Origin: Candidatus Multivorans sp.
Lineage (GTDB): Bacteria; Acidobacteriota; Thermoanaerobaculia; Multivoradales; Multivoraceae
DNA: 64,000 nt
Direction of reading: 5' to 3'
NCBI GenBank assembly: GCA_965224025.1
Contig: OZ245033.1
Span: 2,400,001 to 2,464,000 of the forward strand
Shown: positions 1 to 10,830 of the stretch, in pieces
Layout: the number at the start of each line of letters is the position of its first letter
How positions within the stretch are numbered: position 1 is the stretch's first letter
Made by a program: the position numbers and the translations under genes
Notes under the pieces: generated by a model
Seen by the model: only the letters and a program-made list of their open reading frames with translations
Database searches by the model: none
What the model was told of the DNA's origin: nothing

Positions 1-369
1 GGCGTCAGCCGCGCAGAGGAACGCGGCCGTTGTCGGCGCCTGTGGACGCCGGACGACCGGCGAGGGGGAGGAAAGTGACCGGATCTGGCCCGTCTTGAGT
101 GAAAATGGCCGAGATCTGCTAGATAGTGGCCGGTTTTCTGCCGTGCGCCTCTCTAGGTCTAGGCTGTCGAGGCAGTAACCACTACAACATTCGTGTAGGA
201 CCGTCTGTTTGCGAGATGTGGGAGAGAATGGCTGAGGCTTGTTGGGAGCGTTACGAGCGCTGTCAGGAAGCGAACCCGCATTCGCGCCGACCATGCCAGA
301 ACATCAGAGAAGAATGCTAGGGCTGGCCGAAGGCCGCGTTCCTTTGAAGCGGAGAGGCGCTGCGGACAA

Positions 370-435
370 GAAGGTGCGAGGCTGACGCCTCGCGCAGTGT
401 TTCTCGGAAAGCCGGCCGGAGTCCGGCGTACCCAG
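370..435. repeat. Hairpin repeat module B plus REP-like palindrome
   Basis: gaaggtgcgaggctgacgcctcgcgcagtgtttctcggaaagccggcc recurs with about 4 mismatches at 15276-15323. Confidence 0.8.
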
Positions 436-578
436 CGGGAGACCTCGCTGGAACTACGGCCGCAGAGTTGAACGACATGCTCGTCGGTCTGAGGCGAAGC
501 CTCGCTAGCTCTAGCGGCAGGCTCCGCGCTGCGAGCGCCGGCCTCCGGCTCCAGTCTCCATACTGGGTGTGGCGGCGG

Positions 579-998
579 TCAGAATGGGTTGACGACGGTC
601 AGCGATTCGATCTCCTGGCCGTCCTGGAGGTCTTCGCTGTAGAGCACCTTGCAGTGCGACTCCAGGGCCGCCGCGACGATCAGCGAATCGTAGAAACTGA
701 ATCGCCACCGCCGGTGGAGCGAGAGCGCCGTTTCGTAGAGGGAGATGCTGGGGAAGACAGAGCACAGCGGATCCAGCACCTCACGCAGGTAGCGGAGCGC
801 CTGTTCGTCCGAGAGAGGGCGCTCGAACTTCCGCAGGGCAACGTTCAGGAACTCCTGCACGACCTGGGAACTCACCACTCCATCGCCGGTCCCCAGTGCA
901 CGTTCCACCAGGCCGCGGGCGCGAGCTTGCTTTGCGGGGTCCCGTCGATCGAAGGTGTACACGAAGATGTTGGTGTCCAGAAAGAACTCAGCGGGCAT
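579..998 (-). CDS. vapC: PIN-domain toxin (VapC family)
   Basis: FLDTNIFVY N-terminal PIN motif, SFYDSLIVAAALE and LYSEDLQ acidic motifs; overlaps upstream small gene by 11 nt. Confidence 0.92.
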   Translation of the reverse strand: MPAEFFLDTNIFVYTFDRRDPAKQARARGLVERALGTGDGVVSSQVVQEFLNVALRKFERPLSDEQALRYLREVLDPLCSVFPSISLYETALSLHRRWRFSFYDSLIVAAALESHCKVLYSEDLQDGQEIESLTVVNPF

Positions 999-1215
999 TC
1001 ATCTCATCCCGCGAGAATCGACGGCCAGGCGAGACCTCCGTCGTCGCCTCCATGAATCGGCGGTAGTCCTTGACCCGGCGTTTGCCCTGCTGGTTGCGGG
1101 CGTACTGTCCGAGCCAGACACGGAACTCCGCGTTCAGAGTCGTCCTTCTCCGCCGGGCCTCTTCGCGAGCGGCCTCTATGAGTTTTTGGTCGGCACTGAG
1201 GGTGATGTTTCTCAC
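988..1215 (-). CDS. Antitoxin (VapB-like, RHH-type N-terminus)
   Basis: 75 aa, MRNITLSAD..LIEAAR..A N-terminus, C-terminal RFSRDEMNAR; GAGGA RBS; directly upstream of the PIN toxin. Confidence 0.85.
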   Translation of the reverse strand: MRNITLSADQKLIEAAREEARRRRTTLNAEFRVWLGQYARNQQGKRRVKDYRRFMEATTEVSPGRRFSRDEMNAR

Positions 1216-1232
1216 GGCTTCCTCACTATTGC

Positions 1233-1260
1233 AGTGTACACGATGTCATAGTGTACACGA
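1233..1260. promoter_or_regulatory. Probable vapBC operator: two GTGTACAC palindromes
   Basis: AGTGTACACGA at 1233-1243 and 1250-1260, about 20-45 nt upstream of the antitoxin start. Confidence 0.65.
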
Positions 1261-1315
1261 GTGCCGTGGGCCTAGCAGCGTGCGCGGCAGAACTCCGAGA
1301 GGGCGGCGCTTCGCG

Positions 1316-1416
1316 CCGGATGCGGGGCAGGGTTGCCCGCGCGCCATCCGTGCTCCCGATGACGGGCGCACGGAGTGGTTCGCGTGTGGCGCGGGTCGCG
1401 CCGCACGGGTTCCCAA
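1316..1416 (-). repeat. Three-hairpin REP/BIME-like repeat (long form)
   Basis: Reverse complement aligns with 13754-13853, and in part with 12699-12760 and 33257-33330. Confidence 0.85.
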
Positions 1417-1442
1417 GTCAGATCGTCCTACCGCGCACGCTC

Positions 1443-3221
1443 CTAGCGTCCCTCGGTCGCGGTGTCCCCGGAGGGCACGGTCACCGGTTCACGAACCAGC
1501 GACATCACTCCCGTCGTCTCGTCCCGGACGCCGACAGCGACCTGGTATCCGCCCTCCGGCAGCTTCATCGCGACTTCGACACGGTAGATGCCGTCCACCG
1601 CCGGGACACCCGTTGCGCCGCCGACGGTGACCGTCTTCTGGCGGACGGTGGTGCGGGCACCCTTCTCGTCTTTGACGGCGACGAGCCAGAACCGGAGCTG
1701 GGCCGTCGCGTTGCGCGTTTCGCCGTCCTTGCCGGGAAGCGTCACAACGGACTCCGCGGGCACGCTGACGGCGACCGTCAACTCGTGGACCTTCTTTTCT
1801 TTCGGCGTCGTGCCGCCGAAATCGATGGCGGCGGCGAGGGGGTTCTCCGCGTTGCCAAGGTAGGCGACGGAGAGAAGCCGCTCGGCCAGCCGTTCGTCCA
1901 GCGACTTGTCGCGGTAGGTGCGCCGGTACTCGATCCTCCGCCCCTTTTCGGCCCCGGGTGCGAGCAGAACGGAGAGCTGCCGAACCTGGCCCAGTTTGCG
2001 TTCCTCGGAGAAGAATCCCAGAGAGTACGAGGCGGAGAGTTGTCCGGTCATGTCGTCGAGGAGGATCGCCAGATCGTTCGCGTTGGTCAGTGCCTTGCCG
2101 CCGGTCTCATGGGCCAGCAGGTGGAGCCCGCTCTGCGCGTTCATTGCCCGCAGGCTCACGTTGCGGAAGGAGGGTGACAGTTGGGGGTTGTCCAGCGCGA
2201 TATCGGGGCTGGCGCTCCTGAGGCCGGCAGCATCCAGAGCGTAGAAGGTGACGCGATTCGAGTTGGCATGAGCCGAGATCCGGTTGAACCGGCGGCTCTC
2301 GTCGTACTGCGTCATCTCCGACATCATCTCCGAGGGTGCGGTGGGGCGCGGGTCCCTGCAGAGTTCGTTTCCCAGGTAGTCGAGAAGGGAGATACCCGGC
2401 CGTTGGGGCAGGCCGTCCGTGACGTACACGACGGCCTTCTTGCCGGGCACGCCAGCCAGTGTCGTCACGAGATCGGCGAGACCGTCGACCGCGATCGCCG
2501 TGTTCGTCGCCTGGTTGTCTGCGTACTGGCGCGCCAGCGAAAGCAGTTCACCCCAGTTGTCCTCGCATGGGCGGCAGTAGGGCGCCATTCTGCAGAACTC
2601 GTGGCTGTCGATCAGGCTCTTGATGGCGAAACGGTGAGCGCCATCGCCGTTCTGGATCGCCCGCGGAGACCCTTTCGGCACGGCCGCCACGCCCTCCACG
2701 ATCGCATTCAGGTCGGGCGTCGGCGGCACGAGGACCTCGAGGCGGTCGACGAACCGGGCGAGCATGAAGCTCGCGTCCATGGTTCGCCACGGTCCAATCG
2801 CAGCCTCCAGCCGTCGCAGCAGACGAGTGCGGTGGGGTGGGAAGATGTTCAGGTCGTCGAGGTAGAAAACGACGGTGAGCGGACCTTCGTCCGCAGTGCC
2901 GGGCCTGGCTTCGTTGCGGACGGCAGGGCGTTCCCTGTTGCGTCGGCCGGTCCGTTCCTCCACGTAGATCGCCGACTCGAAGAAGTTCGAGATCTCGACC
3001 GGCTGACCATCCACGTACAGTTCGAAGTCTCCGCGGGTCAAGCCCTTGACCGGGCGGCCCTTCCTGTCCGTGACGACGGCATCGACTTCGACCACTTGCA
3101 CATCGACGGAGTCGACGAAGGGTTGGGTCGGCTGTGCCCGCAGCAGTGTCGAGCCGGCGAGGCTCAGCAACAGCGCCGCAAACAACGGAGCGGATCCGCG
3201 ATTGTGGTCAGTGAGTGTCAC
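1443..3221 (-). CDS. Secreted VWA-domain protein (VWFA-related Acidobacterial type)
   Basis: AGGAGG 7 nt before GTG 3221; signal peptide; VEVDAVVTDRKGRPVKGL, GKKAVVYVTDG, LAHETGG and SYSLGF motifs. Confidence 0.88.
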   Translation of the reverse strand: MTLTDHNRGSAPLFAALLLSLAGSTLLRAQPTQPFVDSVDVQVVEVDAVVTDRKGRPVKGLTRGDFELYVDGQPVEISNFFESAIYVEERTGRRNRERPAVRNEARPGTADEGPLTVVFYLDDLNIFPPHRTRLLRRLEAAIGPWRTMDASFMLARFVDRLEVLVPPTPDLNAIVEGVAAVPKGSPRAIQNGDGAHRFAIKSLIDSHEFCRMAPYCRPCEDNWGELLSLARQYADNQATNTAIAVDGLADLVTTLAGVPGKKAVVYVTDGLPQRPGISLLDYLGNELCRDPRPTAPSEMMSEMTQYDESRRFNRISAHANSNRVTFYALDAAGLRSASPDIALDNPQLSPSFRNVSLRAMNAQSGLHLLAHETGGKALTNANDLAILLDDMTGQLSASYSLGFFSEERKLGQVRQLSVLLAPGAEKGRRIEYRRTYRDKSLDERLAERLLSVAYLGNAENPLAAAIDFGGTTPKEKKVHELTVAVSVPAESVVTLPGKDGETRNATAQLRFWLVAVKDEKGARTTVRQKTVTVGGATGVPAVDGIYRVEVAMKLPEGGYQVAVGVRDETTGVMSLVREPVTVPSGDTATEGR

Positions 3222-4200
3222 CGTCTTGCCTCCTGCGCCCTTTCCCCGGAGCCGGTTTGTTCCCTTGACGGAGGAACGCAGCAACTTCTGTGCCTGATAG
3301 TCGCCCCCGGCGCTCAGGAGTCCCGTCCCCATGGACGAACCGCTCGACTTCTCCGTGAACCCGCTCCACGGTGCGCCGCGAGGGGCCGGGCGTGACCGTC
3401 GATACGGCGATGGCCAGGAGCGTGTTCACCGTCAGTCCCCACAGCCCGCCGTGCATGCCGAGCGGATGCGCGTCCCATGGCAGGTCGACGCCGAGGTCGA
3501 GGCCCAGAGTCAGTGCGAGGGTGACCAGTCCCGCCCCCAGTCCGACGACCACTCCGGCGCGGCTGAGAGAACGGCCGCCGGGGAAGCAGACGCCGACGAT
3601 CGCGGGCATCAATTGCAGAGCGCCGGCGCCGGAGAGGGTGACGATCGCCACCAGCAGATCGCTCTCCGTGATCGAGAGCGCGAACGCCACGGCCAGCAGG
3701 GCGACGACGATCAACCGGCCGATCAGCACGTAGTGCGCCTGACTGCGGCCCTGCGCCACGTACCGCTGGTACACGTCCCGGGTGAGGACGGTCATGTTCG
3801 CGTGCAGGATCGAGTCGAGCGTGGACATCGCGGCCGCGGCGGCGCCGGCGAGGATGATCCCGGTCAACCAGGCGGGCGCATACCGGAACAGGAGCTCCGG
3901 AAAGATGCGATCCGCCTGCGCGAGTTCGGGCAGCACGACGGCGCCGCCCAGCCCGACCAGCGCCGCCGGGATGTAGAGGGTCATCAGGTAGATCGGCGTC
4001 GTCGCGCCGAGCAGCTTGAGGGTCTTGCCATCCACGGCGGTATAGAAGCGGATCATCATGTGGGGCTGGAAGACGATGCCGAACGACAGGGTGACCACCA
4101 TGCCGACCCACATGCCGGGGGTGAAGAACCCCTCGGGTCCGGGCAGTGTCAGCATCTCGGGCCGCTCGGCGGCGACCCGTTGCCAGAGTTCAAGCGGGCC
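3208..4200 (-). pseudogene. Sodium:solute symporter, C-terminal half only
   Basis: QPHMMIRFY and AAAMSTLDSILHA SSS motifs; homology-like sequence starts mid-protein at GPLELWQRVAAERPEML with no N-terminal TMs upstream. Confidence 0.75.
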
Positions 4201-4349
4201 CGTCTTCGACGTCCTTGGCGCGCGATGCCGCGAAGCTGTCTTTGCGATTCCGCCGTTCGCCGACGTCGAGTTCGTAGCCTTCGTCGGCGCGGATGGCGCG
4301 AAAGTCGGCGAAATTGGTCCGCGAGCGTCTTCCCGGTGGGTTCGTTCAC
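4190..4349 (-). pseudogene. Possible frameshifted antitoxin remnant
   Basis: Removing one base at the AAA 4311-4313 gives VNEPTGKTLADQFADFRAIRADEGYELDVGERRNRKDSFA..., resembling antitoxin C-termini. Confidence 0.4.
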
Positions 4350-4388
4350 AACTACTACGATACAGGCTTGTCCCAGGGCCCTTTGCAG

Positions 4389-5375
4389 ATGACCCCCCGT
4401 TCCACGGCCGCGCTTCAGGCCGTGGTCGCCGGCATTCTGTTCTCGACCGGGGGCGCGGCGGTCAAGGCCACTGAGCTCGATGCCTGGCAAGTGGCGGGGA
4501 CACGGTCCCTGGTCGCCGCGGCAGTGCTGCTGATCGCGATTCCGGCGGCGCGGCAGTGGTCCGGCGGTCCGGGACGAACCGCTGGAGCCGCCGTCTCCGC
4601 CTGGTGGCGCAGAGCGGCGCGGCGGCGCGCCCTGCTCCTGACCCTGGGGACCGGCTGCTGCTACTGCCTGACCCTGGTGCTGTTCGTGCACGCGAACAAG
4701 CGGACCACGGCCGCCGAGACGATCTTCCTGCAGTCGACTGCGCCGCTGTTCGTGCTGCTGCTGGCGCCCATCCTGCTGCGCGAGCGCCCGGGGGCGAGGC
4801 AGCTTCTATTCGTGCCGCTGTTCGGCGCCGGGTTGGTGATGGCGTTCTTCGGCGGCGCCGATGCGGCGGCGACCGCGCCCGATCCCCGGACCGGGAACGT
4901 GCTCGCCACGTTCTGCGGTCTGGCGTACGGCCTGACCCTGATGGGTCTGCGCGCCGCCGGCCGCCCGCCGTCGGCGGCAGCAATCGGTACGCCGGGCGAA
5001 GTGTCCTCTGCAGGGGACGGCGGTGCTGTCCGCGCGCCGGGCATCGCGGCCGCGGCCTGCGGCAACGTGATCGTGTGCCTCGCCTGCCTGCCGGTCATGG
5101 CGCCGCTCCGTGGCGTCGATCCCGGGGATCTGGGGATCGTGGTGCTTCTCGGGCTGTTCCAGGTCGCTCTCGCGTATGTCTTCGTGACCCGCGCCGCCCG
5201 CATCCTGGAGGCCCCTGTTCTCGCGTTGCTGCTGCTCCTGGAGCCGGCGCTCAGTCCGCTCTGGGCGATGTGGTTCCACGGAGAACATCCGCATCTGCTG
5301 ACCTGGCTGGGCGGTGGGATCGTCGCGCTGGCCACGGTGCTGCTGGCGACGGTGGTGCGGTCCGCTGAGGAGTAG
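4389..5375 (+). CDS. DMT/EamA family transporter
   Basis: Multiple TMs; STGGAAVK, FLQSTAPLFV, LLEPALSPLW motifs. Confidence 0.88.
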   Translation: MTPRSTAALQAVVAGILFSTGGAAVKATELDAWQVAGTRSLVAAAVLLIAIPAARQWSGGPGRTAGAAVSAWWRRAARRRALLLTLGTGCCYCLTLVLFVHANKRTTAAETIFLQSTAPLFVLLLAPILLRERPGARQLLFVPLFGAGLVMAFFGGADAAATAPDPRTGNVLATFCGLAYGLTLMGLRAAGRPPSAAAIGTPGEVSSAGDGGAVRAPGIAAAACGNVIVCLACLPVMAPLRGVDPGDLGIVVLLGLFQVALAYVFVTRAARILEAPVLALLLLLEPALSPLWAMWFHGEHPHLLTWLGGGIVALATVLLATVVRSAEE

Positions 5376-5483
5376 CGCCGCCAAACCCGTCGCAGGCTCC
5401 GTGTTTGGCCCCATCCCCCACCTCACCAATAGCTCGCGCCGCAGAACTCGCTTCGCGTCGTTTTCTGCTGCGCAAGCTCTTGG
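5374..5483. repeat. Structured repeat element A, copy 1
   Basis: 55-bp head 52/55 identical to 26788-26842, followed by a long hairpin. Confidence 0.8.
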
Positions 5484-5581
5484 AGCGCTACGGTCTGCTA
5501 AACAATCGCCTCCTGCGGCGTCTTCACCACTGAACCCACCGGCGCGCCGAGCCGGTACACCCGGAGCCAAGGAGACGCCGT

Positions 5582-6184
5582 TTGACGATTGCAAGCCTGA
5601 TGACCGCGGAGCCGCCCGCAGCGCCTCCCCCGATGCCGGACTCCACCGGGGCGGGGCCGCAGGAGCTGTTCGAAGAGCATCACCAACTCATCTTCCGCAC
5701 TGCCTGGCGGGTCACCGGCAACGCGAACGACGCGGAAGACGTCCTGCAGACGATCTTCCTGCGGCTCCTGAAGCGGCCCCCCGCGGCGCTTGAGACGGGA
5801 AACGCCGGCGGCTACCTGCGGCGGGCGGCGATCAACGCCTCGCTCGATCTGATCCGGGCCCGCAAGCGTTCCCGCCTGGTGGCGCTCGATCAGCATTTCA
5901 TCGAGGAAATGGAACCGGCCGGGGACGGAGCGAGCGACCCGGGTCGGCGCTTTGCCTCCCTGGAACTGCGCGACCGGCTGCGGCGGGAGCTGGCGAAGGT
6001 GAACCCGCGGGCGGCGGAGATGTTCGTTCTCCGCTACTTCGAGGGCTACCGAAACTCGGAGATCGGCCCGATGATGGGTACTTCGCGCATGACCGTGGCG
6101 GTGACGCTGCATCGCCTCCGCAAGAAGTTGAGACTGACGCTGGCGGACGAGCGAGGACAGAAAGGAAAAGGAGTGCAGACGTGA
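5582..6184 (+). CDS. ECF RNA polymerase sigma-70 factor
   Basis: DAEDVLQTIFLRL (region 2) and FVLRYFEGYRNSEIG (region 4); AAGGAG before TTG. Confidence 0.92.
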   Translation: MTIASLMTAEPPAAPPPMPDSTGAGPQELFEEHHQLIFRTAWRVTGNANDAEDVLQTIFLRLLKRPPAALETGNAGGYLRRAAINASLDLIRARKRSRLVALDQHFIEEMEPAGDGASDPGRRFASLELRDRLRRELAKVNPRAAEMFVLRYFEGYRNSEIGPMMGTSRMTVAVTLHRLRKKLRLTLADERGQKGKGVQT

Positions 6185-9015
6185 GCAATCGCAACCAGAT
6201 GAACCGGACCCTGATCGAAACCGCCCGGGCGATCGCCGCCGAGCAGCCGCCGGCCGATTCCGCCGCCGCGGCGGCGGAGCGGGTGCGCGGCGCCCTCGCC
6301 GCCGCCATGGCGGCCGCCGCGGACCCGAGCGACGCCTCAACAACGACGCAGACCCTGACTTCCTGCGCCGACTACCGGGCGCGGATGCCGGCCCTGGTCG
6401 CGGGCACCCTGCCCGAGGCCCGGCGTCTCCTGGTCGAGGACCACACCCGCGAGTGCATTCCCTGCCGTAAGCACCTGCAGGCCGTGCGCGCGGGCCGCGC
6501 CGTGTCGGACTCGCTGTCCGGGCCGGCGGCGCCGGCGCGGGTCGGCCGCTACTACGCTGCCGCAGCCGCGGTCGTGGCCGTTGCCTCGGCAGGCGTCTGG
6601 ACCTCTCAGCGGGTGCTGCAGCCGCCCCAGGACGGGATCGTCCAGGTCCAGAGCGTCGACGGCCGGATGTTCCTCGCCGGCGCGGGCGCCGGCTCGGACC
6701 TGGTGCCGCTCGAGCCCGGCGACGCGATCGACGGCGGCGACCGGATTCGCACCGGCGCTGGCAGCCGCGCGGTGTTCGAACTCGCCGATGGTTCCCGCGT
6801 CGAAGCCGCGGGGCTCACCGCCTTCCGGGTCGACGCCCGCCGGCGGGGTCACCGCGTCCGGGTCGACCGGGGCAGCGTGATCGTCCAGGCGGCGAAGCAG
6901 GTGAACCGGTCGCTGGTCGTGTCGACCCAGGAGATGCTGGTGTCGGTCAAGGGCACGATCTTCGCGGTGACCCACGGCGTCAAGGGTTCTCGCGTGTCGG
7001 TGATCGAAGGTGAGGTCGAGGTCGAGAAGGGCCGCGAGCGGCACAACCTGCTGGCCGGCGATCAACTGCAGAGCCGGACGACGCTGGCGGCGCTGACTCT
7101 CCAGGAAGAGATCGGTTGGAGCCAGGACGCCGACCGCTACGTGGCGTTGCTCGAGGAGTTCAAGTCGCTGCGCAGCGACCTGAACCAGTTGATGGAGGCG
7201 GCCCCGGTCCGCTACTCGACGCGGCTGCTCGACCTGATGCCGAGCGATACGACCGCGTACCTGGCGATGCCGAACGCCTCGGCGACGCTGAGCGACATGT
7301 ACGAGTTGGTCCGTTCGCGGATGGACTCGAGCCAGTTGCTCGCCGAGTGGTGGGCGGAGGTCGAGGCGTCGGGCGTGGTCGACACGATCGACGACCTGGT
7401 GGGGAACCTGGGCGAACTCGGCGACGCGATGGGCGACGAGACCGTCGTGGCCTTTGCGCGCGGCGCCGGCGACGAGGAGTTCACGCCGCTGGTGGTGACC
7501 GATGTGACCGACGCCGCGGCCCTGCGTGAAGCGCTCGAGGAGCACATCGAGGATCTCCTGGAGGGGGGCGACGAAGATCCGATCCGCATTCTCGACGACC
7601 TCGACTCGGCGACCGAGTCCGACGGCGAACTCCTGGTCTGGATCGCCGGTGACATCGCCGCGGCCTCGACCTCGCTCGCGACGGTGCGGACCGTGGCCGC
7701 GAATGCGGACGGCGCCACCAACGCCTTCGTGGACTCCCGCCTGCACGGCCGGCTCGCCGAGCGCTACGCCGCCGGCGCGGAGCTGCTCGCTGCGGTCGAC
7801 CTGGCGACGTTCCTTTCCGGCATGGGCGATGGCGACGAGGGCGACGAGGCCGACGACGACGCCGACATGCTCGCGTTCACCGGGCTCGACAAGGTCCAGG
7901 ATATGGTCGTCTCCCGTACCCAGGACGGCGATCGCGCGAACGTCACGGCGACCCTGAGCTTCGACGGCGCCCGCTCCGGCGTCGTCTCGTGGCTGGCCGA
8001 ACCGGGGGCCAACGGGGCCCTGGACTTCTTCTCGCCCGACGCCTCCTTCGTCAGTGCCGGCGTGATCGAGGATCCGTTCACCATCTACGATCAGGTCGTG
8101 GATGCCCTGGAGGATGCAAGCGTGGACGGCGACGAGGCTCTGCACGAGATCGAGGCCGAACTCGGCCTTTCCATTCGCAACGACTTCTTGGTGCATCTCG
8201 GCGGCGAGTACGCGGCCGGCATCGACGGGCCGGTGCTGCCGTCGCCGGCCTGGCTGGCGGTGGCGTCGGTCTACAACGCGGAAGCCCTGCAGAGTTCGAT
8301 CGAGACGCTGGTGGACAAGGCGGCAGAGCTGCTGGCGGAGGCCGAGGAAGACGGCGTCGGCAGCCTGACCCTGGAAGAGCAGGAGTCGAACGGCCGCACC
8401 GTCTACAGCCTTGCGTTCGAACTTGGCGCCAGCGACGACGGCAAGGAGGACGACGACCTCGAGGATGTGCTCGAGAGCCTCTTGGAAACTCCCGAGATCT
8501 TCTACACGTATTTTGATGGGTACATGGTGAGCGCCTCCAACCTGGCAACGATCGACACCGCGATCCGGTACCGCGGCAGTGGCGCGTCGCTCACGGACAG
8601 CCGGCAGTTCATCGAGCTGCTGCCACCGAACGGGTACACGGACTTCTCCGCGATGGTCTACAACCGGCTCTCGGAGACGGCGAGCGAACTGTTCGAGCTG
8701 CTGCCGACCGATGTCGTGGACGACGATCGGCAGGCCGTTGTCCAGGCGATCGAGGAGTCGCTCAGCAGCCAGGGGCCGTCGCTCTACACGGTGTACGCGG
8801 GCCGCAGCGAGATCGTCGTGACCTCGAGCGGTCCGAGCCTGCTCGCCTTCTCGGGGTTGGGTCAGGTCCTCGGCCTCGGCGCTTTCCTGCAAGGATTGGA
8901 GTTGATGGAAGAGGCTGGCGAACCGGCGACCGCGCCGGCGCCGGCGACGGACTCGCGGGTTGTCGCCGACCGATTGGAGCCGGTCGATCAACTACTGCTG
9001 AGGCCGGCCGCTTGA
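6181..9015 (+). CDS. Anti-sigma factor: Zn-finger (HxxxCxxC) + TM + FecR domain + long acidic periplasmic region
   Basis: [10 protein letters not shown]; [16 protein letters not shown]; [10 protein letters not shown]...[10 protein letters not shown] FecR motifs; GTGA overlap with sigma. Confidence 0.82.
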   Translation: MSNRNQMNRTLIETARAIAAEQPPADSAAAAAERVRGALAAAMAAAADPSDASTTTQTLTSCADYRARMPALVAGTLPEARRLLVEDHTRECIPCRKHLQAVRAGRAVSDSLSGPAAPARVGRYYAAAAAVVAVASAGVWTSQRVLQPPQDGIVQVQSVDGRMFLAGAGAGSDLVPLEPGDAIDGGDRIRTGAGSRAVFELADGSRVEAAGLTAFRVDARRRGHRVRVDRGSVIVQAAKQVNRSLVVSTQEMLVSVKGTIFAVTHGVKGSRVSVIEGEVEVEKGRERHNLLAGDQLQSRTTLAALTLQEEIGWSQDADRYVALLEEFKSLRSDLNQLMEAAPVRYSTRLLDLMPSDTTAYLAMPNASATLSDMYELVRSRMDSSQLLAEWWAEVEASGVVDTIDDLVGNLGELGDAMGDETVVAFARGAGDEEFTPLVVTDVTDAAALREALEEHIEDLLEGGDEDPIRILDDLDSATESDGELLVWIAGDIAAASTSLATVRTVAANADGATNAFVDSRLHGRLAERYAAGAELLAAVDLATFLSGMGDGDEGDEADDDADMLAFTGLDKVQDMVVSRTQDGDRANVTATLSFDGARSGVVSWLAEPGANGALDFFSPDASFVSAGVIEDPFTIYDQVVDALEDASVDGDEALHEIEAELGLSIRNDFLVHLGGEYAAGIDGPVLPSPAWLAVASVYNAEALQSSIETLVDKAAELLAEAEEDGVGSLTLEEQESNGRTVYSLAFELGASDDGKEDDDLEDVLESLLETPEIFYTYFDGYMVSASNLATIDTAIRYRGSGASLTDSRQFIELLPPNGYTDFSAMVYNRLSETASELFELLPTDVVDDDRQAVVQAIEESLSSQGPSLYTVYAGRSEIVVTSSGPSLLAFSGLGQVLGLGAFLQGLELMEEAGEPATAPAPATDSRVVADRLEPVDQLLLRPAA

Positions 9016-9971
9016 CGGAGGAAGCCGCCGCGCCGCCGGTCATCGACCTCGAGGCCCTAAGCGTCCGCTTCGGCCGGCACCAGGTCCTGGACGACCTGCG
9101 CGGCGCCTTCTCGGGCCGCGCGATCGGTCTCCTGGGGCCGAACGGCGCCGGCAAGACGACGCTGCTCAACACCCTGCTCGGCTTCTACAGGCCGAGCGCC
9201 GGCACCGCCCGCCTGTTCGGCATGGACATCTCGGCCCAGGGCCGGGAACTGCGGCGCCGGGTCGGCTACATGCCGGAGCGGGACGCCTTCATCGCCGGCA
9301 TCTCCGGCGTCCGCTTCGTGCGCCTGATGGCGGAGCTCTCCGGTCTGCCGCCCGAAGCGGCGCTCGAACGCGCCCATGAGGTCTTCTTCTACGTCGGTCT
9401 GGGCGAGGCCCGCTACCGCAACGTGGAGACCTACTCGCTGGGCATGAAGCAACTGCTCAAGCTGGCGCAGGCGATCGTCCACGGGCCGAGCCTCCTGTTT
9501 CTCGACGAACCCACGAACGGGCTCGATCCGCCGGCCCGCCTCCGGATGCTGCGCCTGATCCGGGAGATCCGGGACTCGGGGAAGGCGAGGGTCGTCGTGT
9601 CGTCGCATCTGCTGCGCGACGTGGAGGAATGCTGCGAGGAGGTGCTGGTGCTCAACCGCGGGCGGATCGCCACATACTGCAATCTGGCGGAGGAACGCCG
9701 CGCCAACCGGCGGTTCCTGGAGCTCGACCTGGCCGCCGAGCGCGAGGGCGCGGGAAGCGGCTTTCGAACCGCGATCGAAGGGCTGGGCTGCGAGGTCGCG
9801 GTGGTGAACCGCCGCCGGATCAAGGCCGTCCTGCCGCCGGGCATCGAGGTGCGCCACATCTACGCCTCGGCGATCGAGCAGGACATCACGATTCGCCGCC
9901 TGGACTACAAGCGCACCTCGCTCGAGGACATCTTCCTCAAGGCGATGGAGGGCGACGATGGCCGTCTATGA
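9012..9971 (+). CDS. ABC transporter ATP-binding protein
   Basis: [26 protein letters not shown]. Confidence 0.95.
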   Translation: MTEEAAAPPVIDLEALSVRFGRHQVLDDLRGAFSGRAIGLLGPNGAGKTTLLNTLLGFYRPSAGTARLFGMDISAQGRELRRRVGYMPERDAFIAGISGVRFVRLMAELSGLPPEAALERAHEVFFYVGLGEARYRNVETYSLGMKQLLKLAQAIVHGPSLLFLDEPTNGLDPPARLRMLRLIREIRDSGKARVVVSSHLLRDVEECCEEVLVLNRGRIATYCNLAEERRANRRFLELDLAAEREGAGSGFRTAIEGLGCEVAVVNRRRIKAVLPPGIEVRHIYASAIEQDITIRRLDYKRTSLEDIFLKAMEGDDGRL

Positions 9972-10830
9972 CCACGGCTACAGGGGCTACAGCGGCCCGT
10001 TGATGCCGGCGCGGAGCCGGTTCCTGGTCATCAGCCGCTACGGCCTGCGCGATGTCTTCGCGTCGCGGTTGTTCCTTGCCTTCTTCGCCTTCTGCTTCGC
10101 CTGGCCGCTTGTGTTGCTGGTCGCCATGTACTTGCGCTACAACGCGGAGGCGCTGGCCCTCATCAACATCAGCGCGACCGACTTGCTGGAGTTCGTCCAG
10201 GTGAACACCTGGTTCTTCCAGAACCTGTTCCTTCGGGCCCAGTTGTCCCTCGCCTTCGTCGTCGTCCTGGTGATCGGGCCGTCCCTGGTGTCGGCGGATC
10301 TCCGCAACCAGGCGATGCCGCTCTATCTCTCGCGCCCGCTGACGCGGACCGACTACGTCCTCGGCAAGCTCGTCGTCCTCGGCGTTCTGGTTTCCGCGAT
10401 TACCTGGGCGCCGGGGTTGCTCCTGTTCGTGATCCAGGCCTCCCTTGGCGGCCGCGAGTGGCTGGTGGAGCACTGGCGGATCGCGCCGTCCCTGGTCGTC
10501 GTGTCGATGGTGTGGACTCTCTGCATGTCGGTGCCCATGCTGGCCATCGCTGCCTGGGTGAAGTGGAAACCCTGGGCGCGAATCGTGTTCATGGGGGCCA
10601 TCCTGATCGGAACTGCCTTTGGCGAGTTCTACAAGCAGTTCTACGACTCCTGGCTGGGCAGCATGGTGGTGGCGTTCGACGTCACGGCGGCGCTCTCGGC
10701 CTCTGTCTTCGGTACCGAAGGGAACGTCCAGATGCCGGACGCGGCCGCCTGGCTGGCGGCCGCCGGGCTGGTGGCGGCGTCGGCGGCGTTGCTGTACCGG
10801 CGCGTACGCGCCTTCGAGGTCGTCTCGTGA
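9958..10830 (+). CDS. ABC-2 type permease
   Basis: About 6 TMs; [16 protein letters not shown] motif; in operon. Confidence 0.85.
   Translation: MAVYDHGYRGYSGPLMPARSRFLVISRYGLRDVFASRLFLAFFAFCFAWPLVLLVAMYLRYNAEALALINISATDLLEFVQVNTWFFQNLFLRAQLSLAFVVVLVIGPSLVSADLRNQAMPLYLSRPLTRTDYVLGKLVVLGVLVSAITWAPGLLLFVIQASLGGREWLVEHWRIAPSLVVVSMVWTLCMSVPMLAIAAWVKWKPWARIVFMGAILIGTAFGEFYKQFYDSWLGSMVVAFDVTAALSASVFGTEGNVQMPDAAAWLAAAGLVAASAALLYRRVRAFEVVS

Noticed and set aside
6337-8991. 884-aa minus-strand ORF and similar long antisense ORFs (e.g. 38900-40903, 33141-34769, 52628-53956)
   Set aside because: High-GC shadows of well-supported genes on the opposite strand; no motifs
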